Assembly: GCA_963844715.1 (NCBI GenBank) | Contig: CAWJPJ010000007.1 | Coordinates: 32,001-96,000 of the forward strand | DNA from: an uncultured Phycisphaerales bacterium | Lineage (GTDB): Bacteria; Planctomycetota; Phycisphaerae; Tepidisphaerales; Tepidisphaeraceae | Length of the DNA: 64,000 bases | Direction: 5' to 3' | Shown here: one piece after another, positions 19,792 to 29,419 of the stretch | Numbering within the stretch: the first letter of the stretch is position 1 | Layout: each line of letters opens with the position of its first letter | Program-made: the position numbers and the translations under genes | The notes under the pieces: generated by a model | What the model saw: only the letters and a program-made list of their open reading frames with translations | Databases searched by the model: none | What the model was told of the DNA's origin: nothing

Positions 19792-20298
19792 TCACCCCTT
19801 TAGGGCAGCCAAGAGTTCATCGTAGAGTTGTTCGATCGCCTGCGGGACAACGCGCGTCTCTCCCACGATGCTCATGAAGTTGATATCCCCGCCCCAGCGC
19901 GGCACCACGTGCTGGTGCAGATGCCCCGGCAGTCCGGCCCCGGCCACGCGGCCGATGTTGATCCCGATGTTGAATCCCTGAGCTGAGACCGCCCGGCGGA
20001 GAAGCTCCATCGCTCCGATCGTCTGCTTCGACAGATCAAGCTGCTCCGCATCGGTGAGCGTCTCCATCTCCCCCTTGTGTGCCCGCGGCGCGACCAGCAG
20101 ATGCCCGTTGGCGTAGGGGAACCGGTTCAGAACCACGATCGTCAGTTCCGTCTCCCACAAGAGAAGCCGCTGGCGGCGGACCGCCGGATCGGCTCCCGCG
20201 GCCGCGGCGCTGCATAGAAAGCACTCGGATTTGTCCTGCGACTGAAGCGAACGGATGTAATCCATTCGCCAGGGAGCGTGTAACGTCGGCTGTTCCAT
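19792..20298 (-). CDS. HIT-family hydrolase (Ap4A phosphorylase/hydrolase-like)
   Basis: LHAPWRMDYI, CFLC, LNRFPYANGH, AGAGLPGHLHQHVVPRWGGD. Confidence 0.92.
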   Translation of the reverse strand: MEQPTLHAPWRMDYIRSLQSQDKSECFLCSAAAAGADPAVRRQRLLLWETELTIVVLNRFPYANGHLLVAPRAHKGEMETLTDAEQLDLSKQTIGAMELLRRAVSAQGFNIGINIGRVAGAGLPGHLHQHVVPRWGGDINFMSIVGETRVVPQAIEQLYDELLAALKG

Positions 20299-20354
20299 AG
20301 GATCGGATACCGTAGCATCGGATGCGGTAGGATCGAAGCCGCGCGGCGGAAATC

Positions 20355-21196
20355 CTACGCCACCGCCTGCGGCTTGAACTCCGGCTGCACCGTCACCTGC
20401 ACGCGCGGCGCCATCTCGATCACTTCCTTGGCCAGCACCCGGTAATCGCTCGCCCCGTGGCTTGCCGGTTCATATTGAAAGATCGTCTGCCCGAAGCTCG
20501 GGCACTCGGCGAGTTTGATATTCCGCCGAATCCGGGTGGCGAAGATCTTCGCGTTCGACCACGGCGTGTTCTTGCCGTGCGCGTCGCGGATGAATCCGGA
20601 AAGATCTTCGACGACTTCGGTGCTGAGTTTGGTTTGCGCATCGAACATGGTGAGCACGATGCCGGACACCTTCAAGCGGGGATTCACGCGCCGGCTGACC
20701 AGCGAAACCGTCTCCAGCAGTTTCCCGACCCCTTGCAGCGCCAAAAAGTGCGGCTGCATCGGCACGATCACTTCCTCCGCGCACGCCAGGGCGTTGATGG
20801 TGAGCAACCCCAGCGACGGCGGGCAATCGAGGAGGAGAAAATCAAAATCGTGCTGCGCCGCCTCGATGCGGCGCTTCAGAAGCGTTTGCGCCCCAGAACG
20901 CTGGCCAGTTCGACTTCCGCGCCGGCCAGATCGATGTTGCCGGGAACGATGGCGATGCAATCGCTGATTTTCTGCACCGCCGAAAGAAACGGCGCCTGTT
21001 CCATCAAAACCTGGTAGAGCGACGTTACGTCCGCCGCGCCGGGATCGACGCCGTAATTGATGGTGAGATGCGATTGCGGATCGAGATCGACGAGGCAGAT
21101 TTTTTTTCCCTGCTCGGCTAGCGCGGCGCCGAGATTCGCCGTCGTCGTTGTTTTGCCGACCCCGCCCTTTTGATTCATCAGCGCGATGATGCGCAT
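20355..21196 (-). CDS. ParA/Soj-family ATPase (frameshift near 20885)
   Basis: NQKGGVGKTTT, VDLDPQ, DCPPSLGLLTINAL, IRRNIKLAECPSFG; GGAGG SD upstream; no parB adjacent. Confidence 0.92.
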
Positions 21197-21308
21197 ATCG
21201 CAGCCTCCATGCTCACGACTTTGTATCCTCATTATCGAGTTATTTCGGGTTTAAAACAAGGGATCGGGCCCGCGCGAAGCGGTGAATATGCGAAAAAACA
21301 AGCGGCGG

Positions 21309-21347
21309 AAAAAGAAGAAAGCTTCCGCCGTGGCCGGGAAGCTTTCT
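21309..21347 (-). terminator. Intrinsic terminator
   Basis: 11-bp stem agaaagcttcc/ggaagctttct followed on the minus strand by TCTTTTT. Confidence 0.75.
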
Positions 21348-21359
21348 ATTTCGTTGGGA

Positions 21360-21465
21360 TCCGCGGACCTTATTTTTGGAGCCAAAGGTTTCGCGGAAGA
21401 ATCCGACGGCGGCACATGCGCGAGCATCGCGGACGGTTTTTAGAGTTTGGAGCCACGCGTCCGCG
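21360..21465 (-). ncRNA. Candidate structured 3' UTR or sRNA with twin hairpins
   Basis: Stems 21360-21371/21385-21397 and 21428-21435/21458-21465; both loops carry the same 10-mer (UGGCUCCAAA on the minus strand). Confidence 0.5.
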
Positions 21466-21486
21466 CGCCGCGACAGGTGCGGCGAT

Positions 21487-21552
21487 TTACTTCTTCTTGG
21501 TCGTCTTTTTCCTCTTCGACGACCGCTTTGCGGCTTTCTTCTTCTTTGCCAT
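21487..21552 (-). CDS. 21-aa Lys-rich small basic protein
   Basis: MAKKKKAAKRSSKRKKTTKKK*; AAAGGAGGTGAT SD at 21559-21570, 6 nt from ATG. Confidence 0.75.
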   Translation of the reverse strand: MAKKKKAAKRSSKRKKTTKKK

Positions 21553-21581
21553 GGCGCTATCACCTCCTTTCACAATTGCCA

Positions 21582-21609
21582 AATGTATGTCGCAGGAATC
21601 TCCAGTCAA
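21582..21609 (-). promoter_or_regulatory. Sigma70-type promoter of the small basic protein gene
   Basis: TTGACT-16 nt-TACATT with an A-rich tract upstream. Confidence 0.5.
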
Positions 21610-21699
21610 TGCTTTTTTGTAAAAATCAGCCGGGCATTTTTTCGAAAGCGCGTTGGACGTAGAATTGAATTCTGATCTTTTTTCTACTCGAGGAACATC

Positions 21700-23277
21700 A
21701 TGGCAGTCATTTCAAAACGTCCCTGCGTGATCATCGTTCGCGACGGCTGGGGAAAAAATCCTCATCCGGAATGGAATCGCGCCAACGCGGTTTATCTCGC
21801 GAAACATCCGGTTGCGGATCGAATTATGCAGAAATATCCCGTCACGCTGATTCACACCAGCGGGTTCGACGTCGGTCTTCCCGAGGGAACGATGGGGAAC
21901 AGCGAAGTGGGACACCAGAACATCGGCGCGGGGCGGATCGTGGACCAGGAATCGGTCGCAATCACCAAGCAAATCCGCAACGGACAATTTTTTGCGAATC
22001 CGGCGCTGAATCAGGCAATCGACTCGGCGAAGCTGATGGGCGGCGCGGTGCATTTGTTCGGAATTGTCAGCGACGCCGGCGTGCATGGATTGCTTGAACA
22101 TCTCTACGCGTGCCTGGAACTGTGCAAGCGCAAGGGGCAGGCGCGGGTGTTTTTGCACGCGTTTTCGGACGGTCGCGACACGCCGCCGAGCAGCGGATTG
22201 GGATACGTGCGGGCTATCGAGGAAAAAATGAAATCGATCGGCGTGGGGGCGGTCGCGACGGTGAGCGGAAGATACTGGGCGATGGACCGGGACAACCGGT
22301 GGAACCGCGTGGAAAAGGCGTACCGCGCCATCGTCTTCGGGGAGGGGGAGAAATATTCCTCGGCGACGGCGGCAATTCAGCATTATTACGATCATCCCAC
22401 GTCGCCGAATATGACGGGGGACGAATTCATCACGCCGTCGGTGATTTGCGACGATGGCAAAACGCCGCGCGCGACGGTGAAAAATGGGGACTCGATTATT
22501 TTTTATAATTATCGCGGAGACCGGCCGCGCGAACTCACCAAGGCGTTTGTGATGCCGAAGTTCGAGGGATTCGATCGCGGGCCGAAGCTGGAAGTTTTTT
22601 ATTGCACGATGACGGCGTATGAGCAGAGTTTGCCGGTGCATGTGGCGTATCCGAAGCCGCCGAAGATGAGCAACATCCTGGGTCAGTATGCGAGCGATCT
22701 TGGACTCAAGCAGTTTCGCTGCGCGGAGACGGAGAAGTTTCCGCACGTGACATTTTTCTTCAACGACTATCGGGAGGAGCCGTTTCCGGGGGAGGATCGG
22801 CAGATCATTCCCTCGCCGAAGGATGTGTCGACGTACGACCAGAAGCCGGAGATGAGCGCATACGATGTTTGCGACGAAGTGGTGAAGCGGATCGAATCGC
22901 GGGCGTATGACCTGATCGTGGTGAATTTCGCCAACGGGGACATGGTGGGCCATACGGGCGTGCTCCCGGCGGCGATCAAGGCGGTGGAAATCGTGGATGA
23001 ATGCGTTGGGCGGATCCTGGATGCGCTGAAGAAGACGGACGGCGTGGCGATCGTGCTGGCGGATCACGGGAACTGCGAGCAGATGATCGACCCGGGCACG
23101 GGAGCGCCGCATACGGCCCATACGACCTATGACGTGGAATTGATCGTCGTGGACGACCGGTATGTGGGCAAGAAATTGCGCCAAGGGGGGCGTTTGGCGG
23201 ATGTCGCCCCCACGGCTTTGACGATGATGGGACTGCCGCAACCGGCGGAAATGACGGGTGTGAGCCTGCTTACGTGA
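21700..23277 (+). CDS. gpmI: 2,3-bisphosphoglycerate-independent phosphoglycerate mutase
   Basis: DGWG, MGNSEVGH, DGRDT, GRYWAMDRD, AETEKFPHVTFF, NGDMVGHTG, ADHGN. Confidence 0.97.
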   Translation: MAVISKRPCVIIVRDGWGKNPHPEWNRANAVYLAKHPVADRIMQKYPVTLIHTSGFDVGLPEGTMGNSEVGHQNIGAGRIVDQESVAITKQIRNGQFFANPALNQAIDSAKLMGGAVHLFGIVSDAGVHGLLEHLYACLELCKRKGQARVFLHAFSDGRDTPPSSGLGYVRAIEEKMKSIGVGAVATVSGRYWAMDRDNRWNRVEKAYRAIVFGEGEKYSSATAAIQHYYDHPTSPNMTGDEFITPSVICDDGKTPRATVKNGDSIIFYNYRGDRPRELTKAFVMPKFEGFDRGPKLEVFYCTMTAYEQSLPVHVAYPKPPKMSNILGQYASDLGLKQFRCAETEKFPHVTFFFNDYREEPFPGEDRQIIPSPKDVSTYDQKPEMSAYDVCDEVVKRIESRAYDLIVVNFANGDMVGHTGVLPAAIKAVEIVDECVGRILDALKKTDGVAIVLADHGNCEQMIDPGTGAPHTAHTTYDVELIVVDDRYVGKKLRQGGRLADVAPTALTMMGLPQPAEMTGVSLLT

Positions 23278-23340
23278 TGACTTTTGCATTCTTGCCAGCG
23301 GGTCTCATCTCCCTATAATTTCGGTCCTAAGGAGTTCTTC

Positions 23341-23601
23341 ATGGCCCACATCATTGCCGAGCCCTGCATCGGCACTAAAGACACGGCCTGCGTGGCCGTT
23401 TGCCCGGTCGATTGCATCCATCCGACGAAGGACGAGGCGAGTTTCGCGTCGGCGGATCAGCTTTTTATCGATCCGGACACCTGCATCGATTGCGGGCTAT
23501 GCGTGGATGAATGCCCGGTGACGGCGATCTTCCCGCAGGAGGATTTGCCGGCGGAATGGGCCTCTTTCATCGAGAAAAACACGGCTTATTACAAGAAATA
23601 G
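23341..23601 (+). CDS. Dicluster ferredoxin (FdxA/7Fe-type)
   Basis: EPCIGTKDTACVAVCPVDCI and CIDCGLCVDECPV; AAGGAG SD. Confidence 0.93.
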   Translation: MAHIIAEPCIGTKDTACVAVCPVDCIHPTKDEASFASADQLFIDPDTCIDCGLCVDECPVTAIFPQEDLPAEWASFIEKNTAYYKK

Positions 23602-23692
23602 CCGGTTTCCCGCCTTGGAGCAGCTTTATCTGCTCCAGATGTAACCTGCCTGACGCTGTCTCCCACTATTGAGAGTGAAAGGAGACAGTTTT

Positions 23693-24214
23693 ATGAAAAA
23701 GAGTCTTTTGGTTGTGTTGCTCGCGGTTGCGGGCCTTTGCGGGGGTTTTGGGACTTACGCGTTATCTGATGTATTGGGGGCCGATTCTCCGGCGACCCAG
23801 CCCAGTTTCGGGTATGGCTGGCATCAGGGCGTGCTGGCGCGGTTTGTCCGCGCGGAGATCGGACGATGGATCACCCTTCGGAATGAGTTGGATTTGACGC
23901 CGGCCCAGCGGGAACAGATCCATGACATCCTGCTGTCGCACAAAGATCAGATCGTCGCGGTGATGCAGCCGGTCGCCCATGACCGTCAAGCCCTTCGGGA
24001 TGCGATCGCCGATCCGAATTCGGACGAACAGACGATTCGGGCGGACGCGGACAAGCTTGGCCGTTCACTGGGCGACGCGGCGGTTCTAGCGGCTCAGATC
24101 AAGAAGGAGATTGCCCCGGTCCTGACGCCGGAGCAGCTACAGAAACTAAGCGACTTCCGCGCCCAGTCGGACCATGCGGTGGATGAGTTCTTCCAGAAGG
24201 TTTCGGCCGAGTAG
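23693..24214 (+). CDS. Spy/CpxP-family periplasmic protein
   Basis: Signal peptide; two LTxxQ motifs (LDLTPAQ, VLTPEQ); AAAGGAG SD. Confidence 0.85.
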   Translation: MKKSLLVVLLAVAGLCGGFGTYALSDVLGADSPATQPSFGYGWHQGVLARFVRAEIGRWITLRNELDLTPAQREQIHDILLSHKDQIVAVMQPVAHDRQALRDAIADPNSDEQTIRADADKLGRSLGDAAVLAAQIKKEIAPVLTPEQLQKLSDFRAQSDHAVDEFFQKVSAE

Positions 24215-24298
24215 GGTGGCATGACCGCAGCCCTTTGCTGGTTCGAGATTATATTGGCATCGGTGGATCAATCGTCGCCGTTGCCGGATCATGGGTGC

Positions 24299-24840
24299 AT
24301 GGACGACTCGGCCGATGGGGCCGACATCTCCCGCACCTTATCCGGCGACGGCGACGCCTTTGCGCAGATCGTCCGGAGGCATCAAGCAGCCGTGGCGCGG
24401 CAACTTCGGCATTTTGGGCGTGGGGCGGATTTGGAGGAGCTGGTTCAGGAAGTTTTTGTGCAGGCGTATTTGAGTTTGAAGGGATTTTCGGGAAGAGCGC
24501 CGTTTTCGCACTGGCTTAGCCGGATCGCGACACGGACGGGATATGCGTGGCTGAAAAAGCGGAAGCGGAATGCGTTCGTGGAGTTGAGCGACCAGACGGC
24601 GGCACGAAGCACATCCGGCGATGTGGGGCAGAATCGGGAACTGCTGGAGCATTTGCTTTCCCAGCTTTCGGCGCGGGATCGGCTGGTTTTGACGCTGTTG
24701 CATCTGGAAGAGCATTCGATCGCCGAAACGGCCGAGCTCACGGGATGGAGCCAGACGATGGTGAAGGTTCAGGCATTTGCGCTCGGGGGAAATTGAAGAA
24801 GCTGATCAAAAATTCGGGTCTTGACGGAGGCGAATCATGA
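24299..24840 (+). CDS. ECF RNA polymerase sigma factor (frameshift near 24780)
   Basis: GDGDAFAQIVRRH, EELVQEVF, FSHWLSRIA, region 4 SIAETAELTGWSQTMVKV; ATGA overlap with the next gene after frame correction. Confidence 0.9.
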
Positions 24841-25085
24841 AGGAAATCGACATCCTGAAAAAATTGGCTGGGAATCCCGCGGAAGAGGGAATCGAAGTGA
24901 CGGATCGCGTGATGCGGCAAATCCGCGCGATGCGGCGGGAGACGGAGCCGAAGGGAATGTGGCTGGCGGCGCTGCTCAGTTCGGGGGCGGCGCTGGCGAC
25001 GGTTCTGCTGGCGGTTCAGTCGATTGCGGATTTTCAGGATCCGTTCGGGGGATTTCTTAATTCGATCTGGACGGTGCTGCGATGA
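24837..25085 (+). CDS. Small single-TM protein, putative anti-sigma factor
   Basis: Coupled to the sigma gene; cytoplasmic VTDRVMRQI segment then one TM helix. Confidence 0.65.
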   Translation: MKEIDILKKLAGNPAEEGIEVTDRVMRQIRAMRRETEPKGMWLAALLSSGAALATVLLAVQSIADFQDPFGGFLNSIWTVLR

Positions 25086-25546
25086 CTCAATACCCGGGAT
25101 ATCCACCGCCGCTTCCGCAAGGATACACGCTGCCGGCGCGGCGGCCGCGGCGTTGGGTGCGCGTTCTGCTGGCATTCGTGATCTTCTTTGGAGGCGTGAC
25201 GGTGGGGAGCGCGGGGACGATCATCGTGGCGGTCCACCGGATTCGTTATATCATTCAGCATCCGCAGGAAGCGCCGCAGCGCCTCACGGCGATGCTGCGG
25301 CGGCGGTTGGATCTGACGCCGGATCAGGCCGACCAGGTCGAGGCGATTATTGCGGTGCGGCAGCGGCATTTGCAGGAGATTCGGCGTGAGAATCAGCCGC
25401 GTGTAGACGCGGAACTGGAAGGGCTGCGGCATGACATTGACGGGGTTCTGGACCCCGAACAGCGGGATAAGTGGGACACGATGTTTGACGACGCGATCAC
25501 GCGCTGGCTGCCTCCGCCGCCGCCGCTTTCGGCGACCCAGCCGTGA
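25082..25546 (+). CDS. Membrane-anchored LTxxQ (Spy-like) periplasmic protein
   Basis: TM segment LLAFVIFFGG, LDLTPDQ and VLDPEQ motifs; ATGA-coupled. Confidence 0.7.
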   Translation: MTQYPGYPPPLPQGYTLPARRPRRWVRVLLAFVIFFGGVTVGSAGTIIVAVHRIRYIIQHPQEAPQRLTAMLRRRLDLTPDQADQVEAIIAVRQRHLQEIRRENQPRVDAELEGLRHDIDGVLDPEQRDKWDTMFDDAITRWLPPPPPLSATQP

Positions 25547-25569
25547 AGGTGCTCTATAATCTGCCGTAA

Positions 25570-27783
25570 ATGAGTATGGCGACGGTCAATATCGATGGCA
25601 TGAACTGCGCAAGTTGCGTCAGCCACGTGCAGAAGGCGGCGCGGCAGGTGCAAGGGGTGGAAGCGTGCGAAGTGAATCTGGCGACGGGGCGGGCGACGGT
25701 ACGGTTTGATCCTGGGAGGACCGATCCGGGGAAAATAGCGGCGGCGATCACGGCCGTCGGATATGCGGCGGAGCCAACCTCGGCACCGGGGCATACTCAT
25801 GGGGGGCGCGACGATCACAGCCGGGCGTGGGGCCGTCGGGCTATTGCGGGGATTATTCTTTGGTTTCCGCTTGAACTGACGCATTGGATATTGCGGGTGG
25901 CGTCGTCGCATCCGCATGCGGGGTGCGAACTCAACGATTGGATGACCTGGGCGAGCCTGGCGTGTTCGACGCTGGCGATGCTGTATGTCGGCCGGGCGTT
26001 TTACGCCAGCGCATGGCGTTCCCTTCGTCACGGGACGAGCAATATGGATACGCTGATCGCGATGGGGGCGACGGTGGCGTACGGGTACAGCATCATCGCG
26101 CTGCTTGGGCATTGGCTGGGGCGATGGGGAGCGCCGCCGGCGCTTTATTTCATGGAATCGAGCGGGTTTTTGGCGCTGATCAGTCTGGGGCATTGGATGG
26201 AGGCGCGGGCGCGGCATTCGGCGGGAGATGCGATCCGGCAATTGATGAATCTGGCGCCGGCGACTGCGTTGAAGCTGGATGAGCAGAACTCGCCGCGGGA
26301 AATTCCGGTGGCGGACGTGCAGGTTGGGGATCGAATTCTGATCCAGCCCGGGGATCGCGTGCCGGTGGATGGGGCGATTCTGGCCGGGCAGTCGGCCATC
26401 GACGAATCGATGCTGACGGGGGAATCGCTGCCGGTGTTCCGAAAGATCGGCGATGAAATCGTCGGGGGAACGCTCAACACGGACGGGCGCATCACCATTC
26501 GCGCGACGCGGATCGGGCAGGAGACGGCGCTGGCGCAAATCGTGCAATTGGTCGAGTCGGCGCAATCGGCAAAGCCGCCGATTCAGCAACTGGCGGATCG
26601 AATTTCGGCGGTATTTGTGCCGGCGGTGCTGTGCATTGCGCTGGTGACGGGGGCGGGATGGTACGTGTGGGGAGCGTCGCACGATTGGGCGGCGGGTCGA
26701 ACCTGGGCGACGCTGGCAAACGCGGCTTGCAGCGTGCTGATCATCGCGTGCCCCTGCGCGCTGGGGCTGGCGCTGCCAGCGGCGCTGATGGTCGGGACCG
26801 GAATGGGCGCGCGGCGGGGAATTCTATTGCGCGACATGGACGCGCTACAGAACGCGGAGCGGATTGAGACGGTCGTGTTGGATAAGACGGGAACCGTAAC
26901 GCTGGGGAAGCCGACGGTGGAAGCGATCCTTCCGGCGGATGGAATTTCTACGGAGAGACTTCTGGAGATGGCCGCGGCGGCGGAGCAGTTCAGCGGGCAT
27001 CCGCTGGCCAAGGCCGTGGTGGCGGCGGCGCGCGAGAGGGGACGAGCGCTGGCCGAGCCAACCGGGTTCAACAATGAAGCGGGGTTGGGAGTGGTCGCGG
27101 AATTCGGCGATGCGACGGTGTTGGTGGGGAGCGCCGGGTTGCTGGAGAAGTACGGCGCGAAAGTGCCGGGGGCGGGATCGGGCAGCGTAGTGCATGTCGC
27201 GGAGAAGCGGAATGGGGAGGTTCGATATCTGGGGCACATCGCGCTGGCGGACCCGGTGAAGCCGGAATCGGCGGCGGCGGTTGCGCAATTGCATGCGATG
27301 AAATTGCGGACGGTGCTGCTCAGCGGTGATGGACCGGCGGCGGTGGAGGCGGCGGCGAAGGCTGTGGGGATTACGGAAGTTCGGGCGGGGGTGAAGCCGG
27401 GCGAAAAGGCGGATTTCGTCCGGTCGCTACAGAAAGAGACCACGGTGGCGATGGTGGGCGATGGAATAAACGATGCGCCGGCGCTGGCGGCGGCGGACCT
27501 GGGAATCGCCATCGGGTCGGGGTCGGACGTGGCGAAGGAAGTGGGCGGGATTGTCCTGGTGGGCGGAAGCCTGCTGGGGGTGGCGGCGGCGATCCGCCTT
27601 TCGCGGGCCACGATGCGCTGCGTGAGGCAAAATCTCTTCCTGGCGTTCGTCTACAATGTGCTGGCAATCCCGGTCGCGGCGATGGGTTTACTCAATCCGC
27701 TGTGGGCGGCGGCGGCAATGGCACTTTCGGATGTGACGGTCATCGGGAACGCCCTGCGACTCAGAGGTAAAAAACTGGATTGA
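25570..27783 (+). CDS. copA: Cu(I)-translocating P1B-type ATPase
   Basis: GMNCASC metal-binding domain, TGES, CPC, DKTGT, GDGIND, YN in TM7 and MALS in TM8. Confidence 0.92.
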   Translation: MSMATVNIDGMNCASCVSHVQKAARQVQGVEACEVNLATGRATVRFDPGRTDPGKIAAAITAVGYAAEPTSAPGHTHGGRDDHSRAWGRRAIAGIILWFPLELTHWILRVASSHPHAGCELNDWMTWASLACSTLAMLYVGRAFYASAWRSLRHGTSNMDTLIAMGATVAYGYSIIALLGHWLGRWGAPPALYFMESSGFLALISLGHWMEARARHSAGDAIRQLMNLAPATALKLDEQNSPREIPVADVQVGDRILIQPGDRVPVDGAILAGQSAIDESMLTGESLPVFRKIGDEIVGGTLNTDGRITIRATRIGQETALAQIVQLVESAQSAKPPIQQLADRISAVFVPAVLCIALVTGAGWYVWGASHDWAAGRTWATLANAACSVLIIACPCALGLALPAALMVGTGMGARRGILLRDMDALQNAERIETVVLDKTGTVTLGKPTVEAILPADGISTERLLEMAAAAEQFSGHPLAKAVVAAARERGRALAEPTGFNNEAGLGVVAEFGDATVLVGSAGLLEKYGAKVPGAGSGSVVHVAEKRNGEVRYLGHIALADPVKPESAAAVAQLHAMKLRTVLLSGDGPAAVEAAAKAVGITEVRAGVKPGEKADFVRSLQKETTVAMVGDGINDAPALAAADLGIAIGSGSDVAKEVGGIVLVGGSLLGVAAAIRLSRATMRCVRQNLFLAFVYNVLAIPVAAMGLLNPLWAAAAMALSDVTVIGNALRLRGKKLD

Positions 27784-27930
27784 AGAAGCGGGATTTTGTC
27801 CCTTGACGGCGTGGGATCGGGCCGCTTCAATACCGGCCGCCTTGGTTAAATTCGACCATTTTGTGATGTGCAAACCGCGCCTCGCGCTGTTGCGACGAGC
27901 CGGGGCGATTACCCATGAATTACTATATCG

Positions 27931-28377
27931 GTGCCAACTATGAACGCTTCATCGGATGAACGCGGAATGACTGCATTGATCGGGGCTCATCTCGGGGTTC
28001 TGGAACTGGCGGAATTGTCGCTGGGGGGCGATCTGGATTGCTCGCTGGCGGGCGCCGGGTTGCCGGAGGAGATCGAGGACGCCAAGAAGAAGCCGCGCGA
28101 GGAGCCCGAGGAAGAAGGAGAAAAGGGCGGCGGGAGCGAAAAAGAGGAAGATGAGGACGTCGGGTTCGACGACGATGAGGAGGAAGAAGAGGAGGAAGAG
28201 GAAGAGGCCGCGGAAGGGCCGGAAGAGGAGGAGGCCGTCGAAGACGAGGAGTTCGACGAGGAGGACGACGAAGACGAAGATGAAGACGAGGATGACGACG
28301 ACTTCGACAATCCGGATGACGACGACGACTACGATGACGACGATGATGACGAAGACGAGTTCGAAGACGATGAATAG
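27931..28377 (+). CDS. Highly acidic low-complexity protein
   Basis: C-terminal ~80 aa almost all Asp/Glu, encoded by mixed GAA/GAG/GAC/GAT codons in one frame; start uncertain. Confidence 0.65.
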   Translation: MPTMNASSDERGMTALIGAHLGVLELAELSLGGDLDCSLAGAGLPEEIEDAKKKPREEPEEEGEKGGGSEKEEDEDVGFDDDEEEEEEEEEEAAEGPEEEEAVEDEEFDEEDDEDEDEDEDDDDFDNPDDDDDYDDDDDDEDEFEDDE

Positions 28378-28429
28378 TCGGCGGCGACCGTCGTCACGCT
28401 GATTCCCCCGCACATCCCAGCGAAAACTG

Positions 28430-28853
28430 TCAGCCCTGGCCCGAGCGGCGGGCTTTTAGTTCCGAGCGTTTTCGTTTGGAATCGAGGCGGCGCTGTCTGG
28501 AGGCGCGCGAGGGCTTGGTTGCGCGGCGCGGCTTGGGCTGGATTTGGGCGGTTACAATCAATTCCCTCAATCTTTGGAATATATGCTTTCGATTCCCCTG
28601 CTGAGTTCGGAGGGCGTCGCTGCTGAGATGGATTTCATCCCGGTCGGTGAGGCGCGAGCCGGCGAGATGGCGCAGGCGGGTCAGGGCGCGGGGAGAGAGA
28701 CCCTGGATTTGAGAAAGCTCGATCCAGAGTTCGGCTTTGGTGTTGACCTTGTTGACATTTTGTCCGCCGGGCCCGCTGCCGCGCAGCGAATTGGAGGCGG
28801 ATTCCGTGCTCCGGGATGCGAACGCCGGGGGCGAGATCAATCGCGGCGCTCAT
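28430..28853 (-). CDS. arfB: Alternative ribosome-rescue peptidyl-tRNA hydrolase (frameshift near 28785)
   Basis: GSGPGGQNVNKVNTK, RTQQGNR, PKPRRATKPSRAS and a basic tail. Confidence 0.92.
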
Positions 28854-29404
28854 GGGGAATTGTGCTCGCTAAATGTGGGGGGGAGATAGGGATGGCGCAT
28901 CCAGGCGGAGAGGCGCGCTTGGCGCGTGACCGAGCCGAGGAACATGACCAGCAGCAGGACGACGAGATTGAGGCGCATCCATCGGATCGGGCGCGCGGGC
29001 GGGACCGGGCCGATGGTCAGGCTCAGCGCGATCAGGACGGCAACGATGCCGGTGCTGGCGTGGGCAACCCACCACCAACCGGGCCGGCTGCCAGGGGGAA
29101 TTTCCTGCGGAACCGGGCCGGTCAGGCCGGGGATTATTGCGTAACGGTCGCTGCTGTATTGGTCCCAATGTTCGAAGGTGTTGATGACGCCGCTGAAAAT
29201 GATCAGGCTGGCGGAGACCCAGACGATCCATTTGAAGACCCACCGGGTACGGGCGAAGATGAGGAGCTGCTGCTCCGGGCTCAACTCGTCGATGGCGACG
29301 GGAACAACCATTTCATAAAAGAGCGTGCCTCCGACGAGCGCGGTGACGCAGACGATGTGAAGGTATCTGGCGAGGAAATAGACCGCGAACTCGTAGGTGG
29401 ACAT
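28850..29404 (-). CDS. Four-TM membrane protein with TM histidines
   Basis: ARYLHIVCVTALVGGTLF, WWVAHAS; similar in layout to the adjacent gene. Confidence 0.7.
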   Translation of the reverse strand: MSTYEFAVYFLARYLHIVCVTALVGGTLFYEMVVPVAIDELSPEQQLLIFARTRWVFKWIVWVSASLIIFSGVINTFEHWDQYSSDRYAIIPGLTGPVPQEIPPGSRPGWWWVAHASTGIVAVLIALSLTIGPVPPARPIRWMRLNLVVLLLVMFLGSVTRQARLSAWMRHPYLPPTFSEHNSP

Positions 29405-29419
29405 GGGTTTGTTCCCGGG

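Noticed and set aside
27949..28413. Poly-Ser and hydrophobic ORFs on the minus strand
   Set aside because: Reverse-frame readouts of the Asp/Glu codon tract
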